Assembly (NCBI GenBank): GCA_024275415.1
Contig: JAJRZD010000024.1
Coordinates: 60,001 to 92,000, forward strand
Direction of reading: 5' to 3'
Length of the DNA stretch: 32,000 nucleotides
Source: an archaeon
GTDB taxonomy: Archaea; Asgardarchaeota; Thorarchaeia; Thorarchaeales; Thorarchaeaceae
The translations under genes were made by a program, and so were the position numbers. This document shows positions 16,802 to 26,004 of the stretch, piece by piece; the stretch's first letter is position 1; each line of letters starts with the position of its first letter. The notes beneath the pieces were generated by a model. It was given only the letters and a program-made list of their open reading frames with translations, was not told the origin of the DNA and did not search any database.

Positions 16802-17452
16802 CTACTTCACCGCCCCTACTAGCTCCTGAATTATTTGTGGAATCCTTTTATATAAAGATTTGATTCCCTCGAAACTATTTCGCCTGATTTTGATACTCAC
16901 CTTAAGATATTGTGGGTTGTGCTGAAGGGGAATAACTCTAGCATCAAACCATTGGTGTACATCGTAGAGAGGCTTTGTAGGTACTTCTTCTTCATAGGCA
17001 CACACGCCATAGCTGAAAGGGCGAACTTGCATACCAGTAATTGAGTTGAGTCTATCTAAAAGGGTTTGATTTAGGGGTGTACTAAATGTCAAGGGGTGAT
17101 TGTCAGGACGTACTCTTGAAACATAGTTTATTTCATAGAAATCTGGTTTTGCTTCGACTAGAGCAGATACTACCGATTGGACATCGGACAGACCATTGAT
17201 TGTCTTCTCATAGTCAGTACAAAACACCCCTGTCACCCCCAAGTCTTCAGCGTATACAGCTTCAATCCCGTTATTCACAAATCGACACGCTACACCTTCT
17301 CTACGATCAGGAGTGACAATCCATATTCTCGACTGTGTTTCTAGTTCGCGGTAATGGATTTCAGTTATTTTCTTTTTGAAGTCATCCAACATGAATGGAT
17401 AAGGATTGGGATACACAAGTAATGCTCTAATTCTTTCAATACTTTCTCGCAT
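16802..17452 (-). CDS. Hypothetical protein (first gene of the HEPN cassette)
   Basis: 216-codon ORF ending 3 nt before the next start; alpha/beta pattern; no motif securely recognised. Confidence 0.65.
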   Translation of the reverse strand: MRESIERIRALLVYPNPYPFMLDDFKKKITEIHYRELETQSRIWIVTPDRREGVACRFVNNGIEAVYAEDLGVTGVFCTDYEKTINGLSDVQSVVSALVEAKPDFYEINYVSRVRPDNHPLTFSTPLNQTLLDRLNSITGMQVRPFSYGVCAYEEEVPTKPLYDVHQWFDARVIPLQHNPQYLKVSIKIRRNSFEGIKSLYKRIPQIIQELVGAVK

Positions 17453-17820
17453 TTATTTTCACATCTTGATGATTCCAATTAAATACTATGGGCTTGGCTT
17501 CATACAAAACAATGCTATTTCTAGGACATAAGGTTTGTTCGGGTACTGAAGTTCGTTCTCTGGCTATATATATTCATTGACGCAATACTAAGCGAAGCAG
17601 AACCTGTTTTATGGAGTGATATTAGACATCTCCTGAACCAAGTTGACAGTGCCTGATGTAAATGACTGGCAGGTGGAATATTATGTCAGCTGGATGAGGC
17701 AAGTATAGTGTTAGACTTTGTTTATGCACATCCATACATATCAGACCTACAACATTCGTTGTTGGTGGTTGCTGTATTCCTCTTATGGGACTATATATGG
17801 TATTGAGGAAATATAAATCA

Positions 17821-17833
17821 ACAGAGGTTCAAT
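17821..17833 (+). repeat. 13-bp direct repeat, right copy (ACAGAGGTTCAAT)
   Basis: Exact match to 15579-15591. Confidence 0.85.
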
Positions 17834-17903
17834 GTTTCCAATACTGTATCAAACACGAGCTTCAAAAGGGAAAAATAGAACTCTGTCAATCACGGTGTAC
17901 AAA

Positions 17904-18215
17904 ATGAAAGCTGAAAAGGCCAAAGTGGAGTTTGCGAACCTTGAAGTTCACATGGGATCACTCAATGAACGGAAGTTCAAGATGAAGTGCAATGCCAACT
18001 ATGAGGATCTCATGCTTGTCTTGGATGGTGGAAAAAGGGTAGCAAGGCTCCACGCACTGAACATAAGGAATGTGCACCTCGAAAGAAAAGGCATCAGGAT
18101 TTCTGCGATGAACTTCGAGATAAAAGAAAAGGATGATGTGAGTGTTGTTTCAGGTTCCATCAGATTGGAGCTGGGTGATGCGGCAGAGTCATGGTACAAA
18201 GAGCTCTGGGGATGA
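17904..18215 (+). CDS. Small beta-rich hypothetical protein, possible PH-like fold
   Basis: GGTG RBS before ATG 17904 (track start 17832); alternating hydrophobic strands and a terminal helix DAAESWYKEL. Confidence 0.7.
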   Translation: MKAEKAKVEFANLEVHMGSLNERKFKMKCNANYEDLMLVLDGGKRVARLHALNIRNVHLERKGIRISAMNFEIKEKDDVSVVSGSIRLELGDAAESWYKELWG

Positions 18216-18237
18216 AGAAAGAGCTCGAAAAGCAGGA

Positions 18238-18245
18238 TTTTAATA
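18238..18245 (+). promoter_or_regulatory. Putative TATA box (TTTTAATA) with purine-rich BRE upstream of glnA
   Basis: GAAAAGCAGGA-TTTTAATA about 48 nt before ATG 18293. Confidence 0.45.
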
Positions 18246-18292
18246 CTTCACCGTTTGCGAGAGAACGCCCTTGCGGCAGGGGTTCCAACGAC

Positions 18293-19594
18293 ATGTCTAA
18301 GGAAATCAAGTACGTCGAATTTCGGTTGGTCGATATCCTAGGAAGACTCAAGGCGATGATTGTGCCATGTACGCCTGCTGAAACAATCGATGACCTGCTC
18401 AAAGACCCTATTCTTGCAGAAGGTACTAGTGTTGATGGGAGCTCCATATTAGGACTCTCAAGAGTCGAGTCTTCAGATCTTAGACTGGAGCCGGATGTAT
18501 CCACATTGATAGAGATTCCCTACACTCTGACAAGGACAGCTGCTGCAATGTGTTTTGTAAGGGAGAAGGGTGGCAGGGAAAACGAGTTTTACCCCACAGA
18601 CACCCGAGGCGTCCTTCACAAGGCCTGTGAGAATCTGTTGCCAGAGGGCATGACACTCAGGACTAAAACTGAGCCAGAGTTCCATTTTGTGACCGAAGAT
18701 ATGGAAAAGTTCGACGAAGGTGAATATGCAGACACATTCCCTGCAAATCCGGGTGCAGAAGTTCTCCTTGAAATCGCTAATCAAATCAGAGAAATCGGCA
18801 TCAATGTCCGTGTCATACACCATGAGGTTGGTGAGTCTCAGCAAGAGATAGAGATAGCCTTTGAGGACATCAAGAGAATGGCAGACTATCTTGTGATGTT
18901 CAAGAATCTGGCCAGAGCTGTCGCCCAGGATTCTGGCATCGAAGTGAACTTCATGCCCAAGCCGTTTGGAGGATCTGCGGGGAGTGGTCTGCACTGTCAT
19001 TTGCAACTTTGGAAAGGAGGGAAGAACATCTTTGGTGTTGAGGGAACCGCCAACCTGTCAGATACCGCGAAGAGGTTCATTGCAGGTCTGCTACAACATG
19101 CTCCTGCCATCACGGCCATTGCGAATCCAACAGTGAATTCCTACAAACGGTTGGTACCACATCACGAGGCGCCAGTGTATATCTCATGGGGAATGATGAA
19201 TAGAACCACCTTGATTCGTGTCCCACTCTTCACTTCAAGCGACAAGGCCGCAATCGAGTTCAGGTCACCTGACCCGATGGCCAATCCCTACCTGCTGTTC
19301 GCTGCAATTCTTGCGGGAGGGATGGATGGGGTCAACAAAGGGCTTGAGCCTCCAGAGCCTCGAAGTGAGGATGTCTTTGCCCTTTCGGAACAGGAACGGG
19401 AAAAACTGGGAATCAGATCATTGCCTAGGAACCTTGGCGATGCATTGCATGCCCTTAGCAAAGATGAGGTGATAAGGGACGCTCTAGGGAGCGAGATCAT
19501 AAACAGGTTCATACAAATCAAGAGCAAAGAGTGGAATGACTACCTGAACGAGGCAGTCACCGATTGGGAGTGGGAAACCTACTCGACCTTATAG
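18293..19594 (+). CDS. glnA: Glutamine synthetase type I
   Basis: VDGSSI, HHEVGESQQEI, FMPKPFGGSAGSGLHCH, NSYKRLVPHHEAP, NRTTLIRVP, IEFRSPDPMANPYL; ATG 18293 (MSKEIKYVEF) preferred over 18191 or 18212. Confidence 0.97.
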   Translation: MSKEIKYVEFRLVDILGRLKAMIVPCTPAETIDDLLKDPILAEGTSVDGSSILGLSRVESSDLRLEPDVSTLIEIPYTLTRTAAAMCFVREKGGRENEFYPTDTRGVLHKACENLLPEGMTLRTKTEPEFHFVTEDMEKFDEGEYADTFPANPGAEVLLEIANQIREIGINVRVIHHEVGESQQEIEIAFEDIKRMADYLVMFKNLARAVAQDSGIEVNFMPKPFGGSAGSGLHCHLQLWKGGKNIFGVEGTANLSDTAKRFIAGLLQHAPAITAIANPTVNSYKRLVPHHEAPVYISWGMMNRTTLIRVPLFTSSDKAAIEFRSPDPMANPYLLFAAILAGGMDGVNKGLEPPEPRSEDVFALSEQEREKLGIRSLPRNLGDALHALSKDEVIRDALGSEIINRFIQIKSKEWNDYLNEAVTDWEWETYSTL

Positions 19595-20745
19595 AAAGAG
19601 AAGAACGATGCCATCCTGTCGAATGCATCATCGATAGCATCTGCTGTCAGGGGTCCTATGGAAATCCGAACATGACCCTCTCCGGCAGAGCCAAAGATAT
19701 TCCCAGGCAGCACGAGTACTTTCGTCGCTTGGAGAAGATCCAACACTAACTTGCCCGAGTCCGTACAGTTGGTGATTTTCGGAAAAAGGTAGAAGGTTCC
19801 TTTTGTTCGGGTCACTTCGAAGACATCTATCTCACGCGCCCTTAGATAGGCGAAATCACGCAGCATTGCCAGTCGTTGGAGCTCTTCCTCTACCCAGTTC
19901 ATATCAGACTTCAGTGCCCCCAAGACTAGCAATTGGCTTGCAGTCGGGGCACAGATAGAGATGGTATCCTGAACTTTCATGAACTCGTCCATGAATACCG
20001 ATGGCCCGACTATGAAACCGATACGCCATCCGCTGAGTCCCATATCCTTGGAAAAACTGCCAAGGACAATGATATTCTCATGACCATCTCGTCGTCGGAG
20101 AGGACTGTAATGTTCTGCATCTCCAAACACAAGCCGCGAGTATGCTTCATCCGATATCAGTACGAGGTCGTGTTCCAAACAGACATCAACAATTCGGTCA
20201 ACGACCTTTTGCTCATAGACAGCGCCAGTGGGGTTATTGGGGCTAACGAGGAGGATTGCCTTGGTCTTATCCGTGATTGCGGCCTCGATTGTTTCAGGGT
20301 CTGGAGAGAACCCTGTACCCACTGGAACTTCTGTCACAGTCCCTCCTGCCAGCTTTATCGCCATCACCGAGTTGAAGTAGAAAGGAGAGGGGACGATCAC
20401 ATTATCCCCTGCCTCAATGAGTGTGAAAATTGCTCCTGTGAACGCCTGATTGCCCCCGGCAGTGATGGTTATTTCCTTTTGTGGATCCGCATCTATCCGA
20501 GAATGTCTTCGCAAATAGATGGCAAGTTCTTCCCTGAGTTCTAGATGACCTTGATCTGTGGTATATCGATGGGTGAGAGGATGAGCAATCCTGTCAGTTA
20601 GGGAAGACAATACAGTATTCGGGGGAACATGACCGGGAAGGCCTTGCCCCATATCGATGAAGTTCGCAGAGCCAACATATCTTCTTGCAGCTTCCGAGAG
20701 CTTGACAATTGGGGGTTGTCTGATATTATCGGTTCGATATTTCAT
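19579..20745 (-). CDS. PLP-dependent aminotransferase class I/II (aspartate aminotransferase-like)
   Basis: SPNNPTG, ISDEAY and SFSKDMGLSGWRIG (PLP lysine); 16-bp convergent overlap with glnA. Confidence 0.95.
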   Translation of the reverse strand: MKYRTDNIRQPPIVKLSEAARRYVGSANFIDMGQGLPGHVPPNTVLSSLTDRIAHPLTHRYTTDQGHLELREELAIYLRRHSRIDADPQKEITITAGGNQAFTGAIFTLIEAGDNVIVPSPFYFNSVMAIKLAGGTVTEVPVGTGFSPDPETIEAAITDKTKAILLVSPNNPTGAVYEQKVVDRIVDVCLEHDLVLISDEAYSRLVFGDAEHYSPLRRRDGHENIIVLGSFSKDMGLSGWRIGFIVGPSVFMDEFMKVQDTISICAPTASQLLVLGALKSDMNWVEEELQRLAMLRDFAYLRAREIDVFEVTRTKGTFYLFPKITNCTDSGKLVLDLLQATKVLVLPGNIFGSAGEGHVRISIGPLTADAIDDAFDRMASFFSFYKVE

Positions 20746-20887
20746 GGCTTCAACACATCAATGACTGATTTATCTGATAACCATTGCCTTCAGCCTGTAA
20801 GGAAACAGATTCATTGGTGACCGATAGATTGTTCTTGCTCAAGCTTAATAATGCTCTGCACTATCATATACATTAGAAGAGGGTGAT

Positions 20888-21664
20888 ATGGTGAAAGAAG
20901 ATTGTGAAGTCAGAGTTCTAGGAGCACCTGAGGCACAGGTTGTACAAACCAAAGATATCTCCATGGAGAAACCACTCCTAATCTGTGGATTCCCGTCCGC
21001 AGGGGTTGTTAGAACAATAGCAGCGAACAGTATCATCGAGCAGTTCAAAATGCACGAAGTCGCTCATGTGAGGTCACGATACATGCCGTCAGCTGCCGTG
21101 TTCATTGATGGCAGGTTACGACATCCATTCAGGATATACGCCAGTAACGAACACAACATCCTTGTTGTGACTACAGAGTTAATGGTAGCGGAGGAAGGGA
21201 TGTACCATGTCAGTTCAGCCCTTCTGGACTGGGCTGCAAGTGTAGGTGTCAAGGAAACCGTGGTTCTCGATGGAATCCCTGTCCAGGGAGTTCCTAAAGA
21301 ACGAAAGGTGTTATTTGCAGCGGAAGAGGAGAAGATTGCAGAGTTGGAGAAACACAAGGAGATGGAGATATTCCAGAAGGGTATCATCACAGGCATCTCA
21401 GGTTCTATCCTTTCGGAAACTCTATGCAGAGACATGATCGGTATTGCACTTCTGACTCCGGCAATCACAATGATACCAGATCCTGAAGGTGCAGTAAGTC
21501 TTCTCCAAGCATTGAACAGGCTATACAGCATTGGCGCAGAGGTTGAAGAACTAGAGAAAAGCGGCGAGGTAATCAAGCAGAAGATGCATGAAATTGCTGA
21601 ACACAACGAGGGACAACGGCGCGGAGAGATTGCAAGACGAGGATACGAGCGGATGTATGCCTAG
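20888..21664 (+). CDS. PAC2-family proteasome assembly chaperone/activator
   Basis: LICGFPSAGVV-x-TIAA, HPFRIY, GIITGISGSIL, PDPEGA, C-terminal M-Y-A. Confidence 0.9.
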   Translation: MVKEDCEVRVLGAPEAQVVQTKDISMEKPLLICGFPSAGVVRTIAANSIIEQFKMHEVAHVRSRYMPSAAVFIDGRLRHPFRIYASNEHNILVVTTELMVAEEGMYHVSSALLDWAASVGVKETVVLDGIPVQGVPKERKVLFAAEEEKIAELEKHKEMEIFQKGIITGISGSILSETLCRDMIGIALLTPAITMIPDPEGAVSLLQALNRLYSIGAEVEELEKSGEVIKQKMHEIAEHNEGQRRGEIARRGYERMYA

Positions 21665-21719
21665 TTTAGAAAGTGTAGCAGTGGTGGCCATATAACGGCT
21701 ACCTCACTCACATGGAACT

Positions 21720-22280
21720 CTACTTATCGCTACAAGAATCGTAGGCCTCTTTCGCACCTGCTGCATTCCGTTCGCCAACCTTTCCGGGCCATTTCTGCTT
21801 GATGACCTCCTGAACGGTTTCTAGTTTGACAAGTCCTGTCGCCTTTGCAAATGCACCAAGCATTGTGGTGTTAACAACGGGAAGTCCAGCAACGAGAAGA
21901 TTGTGCCTCAGCGCGATTCCAGTGCCATCATATGTGAATATTCTCGCTGAATCATAATCGAACTCGGAGGGTGCCTTCTGAGTGTTGATGATGATAATCC
22001 CGTTCTCTTTGAGACCCTCTGTTGGGTCTATCAGATCAACGATGCCAGGATCCAGAATGGCGACAATATCGGGTTCGTATATCTGACTTCGCACATTGAT
22101 GGGTTCGTCAGATATCCGCGTAAAGGCTTTCACAGGGGCTCCTCTTCGCTCTGCGCCAAAGTATGGGAACGCCTGTACTCCCTTGTACCCATCAAGGAAT
22201 GCTGCTTTTGCCAGTAGCTCGGCACTTGTCACGCCTCCCTGTCCGCCGCGGCCGTGCCATCGGATCTCAATCATGGGCAT
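21720..22280 (-). CDS. porG: 2-oxoacid (pyruvate):ferredoxin oxidoreductase gamma subunit
   Basis: IEIRWHGRGGQGGVT, FPYFGAERRGAPV, NTTMLGAFAK; GAGGAG RBS before ATG 22280. Confidence 0.93.
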   Translation of the reverse strand: MPMIEIRWHGRGGQGGVTSAELLAKAAFLDGYKGVQAFPYFGAERRGAPVKAFTRISDEPINVRSQIYEPDIVAILDPGIVDLIDPTEGLKENGIIIINTQKAPSEFDYDSARIFTYDGTGIALRHNLLVAGLPVVNTTMLGAFAKATGLVKLETVQEVIKQKWPGKVGERNAAGAKEAYDSCSDK

Positions 22281-22497
22281 TAATAATATCTCCTCGACAA
22301 AGTGAATCTTTGTCCAACCTGTGACCAACAGGAGTCAAACAAAACTGTTTCGCTATCAACATCAAACAATAGACAAAGATTGATTGGTCGTTGTTTGAAG
22401 ATACTAAGGAAAGCATACCCGACAAGGGGAGTCAGGCATTGTGTCAGCACACCGATAATTCTTAAGAGCCAGACTGTCGAGCGGAAAATCGACCACA

Positions 22498-23325
22498 ATG
22501 AACGACTACTTTGAGGCAAACAAGAACCTTTGGGATGCAAAGGCTGAGATTCATAAAGACTCGAAATTCTATGATGTCGATGGATTCTTGAAAGGGAACG
22601 AGCCATTGGATACTATTGTGATTGATGAAATAGGGGATGTCACTCAAAAATCAATCCTCCACCTTCAGTGCCATATAGGCCTTGACACGATGTCTTGGGA
22701 AAGGAAAGGTGCAAATGCTGTCGGGGTCGACTTCTCTGGTGAAGCGGTCAAGATTGCACATTCAATCGCGCAGCAAGCCAATTTAAGAACACGGTTTATC
22801 GAGTCCAACATCTATGACCTTCCAGAGGTGCTTGATGAAAAATTCGATATTGTATTCGTATCCGAAGGCTCAATCATGTGGTTGAATGACTTGAAACGAT
22901 GGGCAGATGTCATCTATCGTTTTCTCAAACCAGGGGGATTCTTCTACATATGGGAGTTTCACCCTTTCGGGTATGTCTTCGAGGACGAGTGTGAAGAGCC
23001 GGTTCTCAAGGTGAGATATCCATATTTCCAAGGAAGTGACCCGATAATCTACATTTCTGATGTCACATACACTGACAGCGAAACGAAATTGGAACCGAAA
23101 CAGGCGTATGAATGGAATCATGGCATTGCAGAGGTCATTAATTCCCTGACCAATGCAGGATTGTATATCGAGTTCTTCAACGAATTCCCATTTGCGACCT
23201 ACAAGGCACTTCCCTTTATGGTGAAAAACAAAGAAGGAAGGTATGTACTGCCAGAAGGAATGCAACCCTTGCCGTTCATGTATTCACTCAAAGCTTCCAA
23301 ACCAGCTACTCCAAATTCAGAGTGA
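22498..23325 (+). CDS. Class I SAM-dependent methyltransferase
   Basis: ILHLQCHIGLDT (motif I variant), VGVDFS, FDIVF, FLKPGGFFYIWEFHP. Confidence 0.9.
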   Translation: MNDYFEANKNLWDAKAEIHKDSKFYDVDGFLKGNEPLDTIVIDEIGDVTQKSILHLQCHIGLDTMSWERKGANAVGVDFSGEAVKIAHSIAQQANLRTRFIESNIYDLPEVLDEKFDIVFVSEGSIMWLNDLKRWADVIYRFLKPGGFFYIWEFHPFGYVFEDECEEPVLKVRYPYFQGSDPIIYISDVTYTDSETKLEPKQAYEWNHGIAEVINSLTNAGLYIEFFNEFPFATYKALPFMVKNKEGRYVLPEGMQPLPFMYSLKASKPATPNSE

Positions 23326-23330
23326 CTGTG

Positions 23331-24704
23331 TCAAATGAAGGAGTCCTGCCGCAGAGCAGATATCACTCCTTCAGCAGAATTGGCAGCCTGTTGCAACCCG
23401 ACTCCCGACCCTGCAGTGTCGGTTCCCACGATATACAATCCTTGGATTGGAGTTCGAGGTCCCGGACGATCCAAGTCGGTCTGACCAGGAATCAGTGCGG
23501 CCCTAGTCGCGTATGATGACTGGACATGCTCCATTTCGATGTGCTGGAGAATCTCGGGGTAATACTCCTCGAACCCGTTCCCCTTCATGATATCTACATG
23601 CTCTTCGATTGTCTTTCCGGGAATTGCCATCATTGCAACGCCGACCAGTTCTTTCCCATTAGGTGCACACGAAGGGTCAAAGCTGGAAAGAGACACAATC
23701 CATCGGTTAGGATTGGGGTGCACAAGCACGCGATTCTTTCGATCCCCGATGACCACTTCGTCAAGTCCTAGCCAGAGCGTGACGCCCTGTGTGGGTTGCA
23801 TGGAGTTCCATCGAGCAAAAAACTCATTGACTCGCCCTAATGTCGAATCTACTATCTTATCCATGTCCCAGAGCGGAATGTTGCTGATAATCAGACTATG
23901 TTCGATGTGCAGACCTGAAATAGTAAGGCCAGTCACCTTGCCCCCAGACTCGTGAATCTGTTCAACTGGGGCATTAAGGACATAATCACCGTTGATTGCT
24001 TCAATAACATTCTTGATGAGACTTTCCATCCCGCCGATTACATAGCCCTCGTCATAATCCCCTGTGCCAAAGAGAAGTCGCTTAATCTGTTCCAGCTTTC
24101 CTGATTCCTTATCTGTGTCCTTTAGGGTTCTCAATGACTCGTATGCAGAAGCTTCGTTAATACCAACACCTGCTGCCATGTAAATTGCAGATTGCATGAC
24201 ATCAAGAACGACCTGATTCATCGCATTCTTTGACTGCATGAACTCGAGGAACGAGATGTCTTTGTACTTCTTCATCTCATCCAGTTTCATGGTCTTAATC
24301 TTCGCCCCGATCTTTGCTAGCCCGAGCCTTCCACGAAAGTCGGTCAATGGCCACCGTAATGTTTCGCCCACACTAGTCGGAATCGTCCCTACCTTGTCAT
24401 ATACCCTGAAATACCATCCATCATGCAGGACGAACTCAGGAGGCGATGGAAGATAGTTCCGCATGAAACGCGTAAAGGCTCCACGTTTGACTCGCGTTAT
24501 CACATGAAGACCGTTATCAACGCGATAACCATTCACCCAATAACTATGCCATACACCTCCTAGCCGAGAAGATTTCTCGAGCACCAAGACTTTCTTCCCT
24601 TCTGCTGTCAGCACCAGCGCAGTCAAGAGACCTCCAGCCCCCGAACCCGCGATGATCGCATCATATGAACTCGGGTTGACCTGCTCGATAGATATCGCTC
24701 TCAT
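23331..24704 (-). CDS. FAD-dependent oxidoreductase, phytoene dehydrogenase-like family
   Basis: IIAGSGAGGL, VLVLEK...LGG, VDNGLH, GGMESLI, GLYIVGTDT. Confidence 0.88.
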   Translation of the reverse strand: MRAISIEQVNPSSYDAIIAGSGAGGLLTALVLTAEGKKVLVLEKSSRLGGVWHSYWVNGYRVDNGLHVITRVKRGAFTRFMRNYLPSPPEFVLHDGWYFRVYDKVGTIPTSVGETLRWPLTDFRGRLGLAKIGAKIKTMKLDEMKKYKDISFLEFMQSKNAMNQVVLDVMQSAIYMAAGVGINEASAYESLRTLKDTDKESGKLEQIKRLLFGTGDYDEGYVIGGMESLIKNVIEAINGDYVLNAPVEQIHESGGKVTGLTISGLHIEHSLIISNIPLWDMDKIVDSTLGRVNEFFARWNSMQPTQGVTLWLGLDEVVIGDRKNRVLVHPNPNRWIVSLSSFDPSCAPNGKELVGVAMMAIPGKTIEEHVDIMKGNGFEEYYPEILQHIEMEHVQSSYATRAALIPGQTDLDRPGPRTPIQGLYIVGTDTAGSGVGLQQAANSAEGVISALRQDSFI

Positions 24705-24751
24705 GATATTTGCAATGTCCTTTTGATGGCTACTTAAGCATGATGTCAGAA

Positions 24752-25861
24752 TTATAGTAAACCTACTGGACGCCTCTTTGCTGCTGATTCGTAGGCAGCA
24801 TCCACAATTCGGTGTGCTGCAACCGCATCTTTGAAACTCGGAGTCGGCTCATCACCATTGGTAACTGCATTAAGAAATGCATAGCTCAACGCTGCGTATC
24901 GCTCTCCACCAATGGATGTGAGGGTTTCGACTGCATCAGGAGAAATGCTATTTTTGGAATGTAGTCCCAAGCGTTCTAGGAGCACATCATCCGCCTTCTC
25001 CTGCCAGATTCGGATTGGGGGTTCGTCAGCTAGTTGATACTCAAGATACCGCTTTCCAGACTCAAGATTGATAGCCAGATATCCTTTCTCAAAGAAGAAC
25101 TCGATGCTTCTCTCATTGGGTCTATCAACCCAGTGCCAGACAGAATCCAATGTGCTTACAGCACCGTTCTTGTGGCTCAATATCAATGAAGCATGGTCTT
25201 CAACATCCTTTCCTGAGAAATAATTGACTTTTGCAAAGACATCTACTACATCGCCAAAAAACCACCTGATGATGTCGATGTCATGGATGCTGTGCTCAAG
25301 AAGGGTTCCCCCGCCAGCTTTTGATTTGACGCCTCGCCATTTGCTGCGATAGAGATAGCCAATCGGGAATCTCTGGTCATCACGGATATGCGCCAACATT
25401 GGCCGTCCAAAACTATGAGTTTCAATCAACTTCTTGGCGTATAGCAGGAACTGGTCATATCTGAGCACGAGGCCGACTACAGACTTCACCTTTGAGTCAA
25501 TCACAACGCCTAGCATCTCTGATGCTTGAGGACAACTGTGGGCAAGAGGCTTCTCACAGAAAACCTGTTTCTTTGCTTTTGCAGCAGCCTTGACCATGTC
25601 CATGTGCTTATTGGTAGGAGTACAGACATAGACAACATCTACGTTCTCGTCATTCACAAGTGCCATATAATCCTCGTAGACTATAGGGACTTCAAAAAGA
25701 TTTGATGCTAAAGATAGACTCTCCTTGTCAGTGTCACATAGAGCAGTGACTTGAACATCAAGGAGACCAGATTCCTTTAATGATGATAATCCTGTAAGGT
25801 GAATCTTACCAATATTCCCAGTACCGATCAACCCTACACGGACGGTTTGACCATTGCTCAA
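24752..25861 (-). CDS. Gfo/Idh/MocA-family oxidoreductase
   Basis: VGLIGTGNIG, VYVCTPT, VFCEKPLA, GGTLLEHSIHDID. Confidence 0.94.
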   Translation of the reverse strand: MSNGQTVRVGLIGTGNIGKIHLTGLSSLKESGLLDVQVTALCDTDKESLSLASNLFEVPIVYEDYMALVNDENVDVVYVCTPTNKHMDMVKAAAKAKKQVFCEKPLAHSCPQASEMLGVVIDSKVKSVVGLVLRYDQFLLYAKKLIETHSFGRPMLAHIRDDQRFPIGYLYRSKWRGVKSKAGGGTLLEHSIHDIDIIRWFFGDVVDVFAKVNYFSGKDVEDHASLILSHKNGAVSTLDSVWHWVDRPNERSIEFFFEKGYLAINLESGKRYLEYQLADEPPIRIWQEKADDVLLERLGLHSKNSISPDAVETLTSIGGERYAALSYAFLNAVTNGDEPTPSFKDAVAAHRIVDAAYESAAKRRPVGLL

Positions 25862-26004
25862 TAGACTTCCCTTACCATGAAGGTTTTCTCACAAATGGTA
25901 TATGAGTCTTCTGCGACTCAAGGGATATCGAGTCCTCAAGAGCAACCAATATCAGGGAAGCCTGCTCTGAGAAAAATCGTACTTGGGCCAATCGGTGAAA
26001 CATC

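Larger units (their letters stand above)
15579..17833. mobile_element. Putative horizontally acquired AT-rich cassette flanked by a 13-bp direct repeat
   Basis: Visibly lower GC than the flanks; three co-oriented accessory genes; ACAGAGGTTCAAT at 15579-15591 and 17821-17833; no integrase or transposase inside. Confidence 0.4.

Noticed and set aside
18191-18292. N-terminal extensions from the ORF track (glnA from 18191, porG from 22328, PadR from 1327)
   Set aside because: Family homology, RBS position and, for glnA, a TATA-like box inside the extension favour the downstream starts.
22498-23325. Horizontal origin of the methyltransferase
   Set aside because: The family is common in bacteria as I recall, but there are no flanking repeats or clear compositional break; needs a phylogeny.
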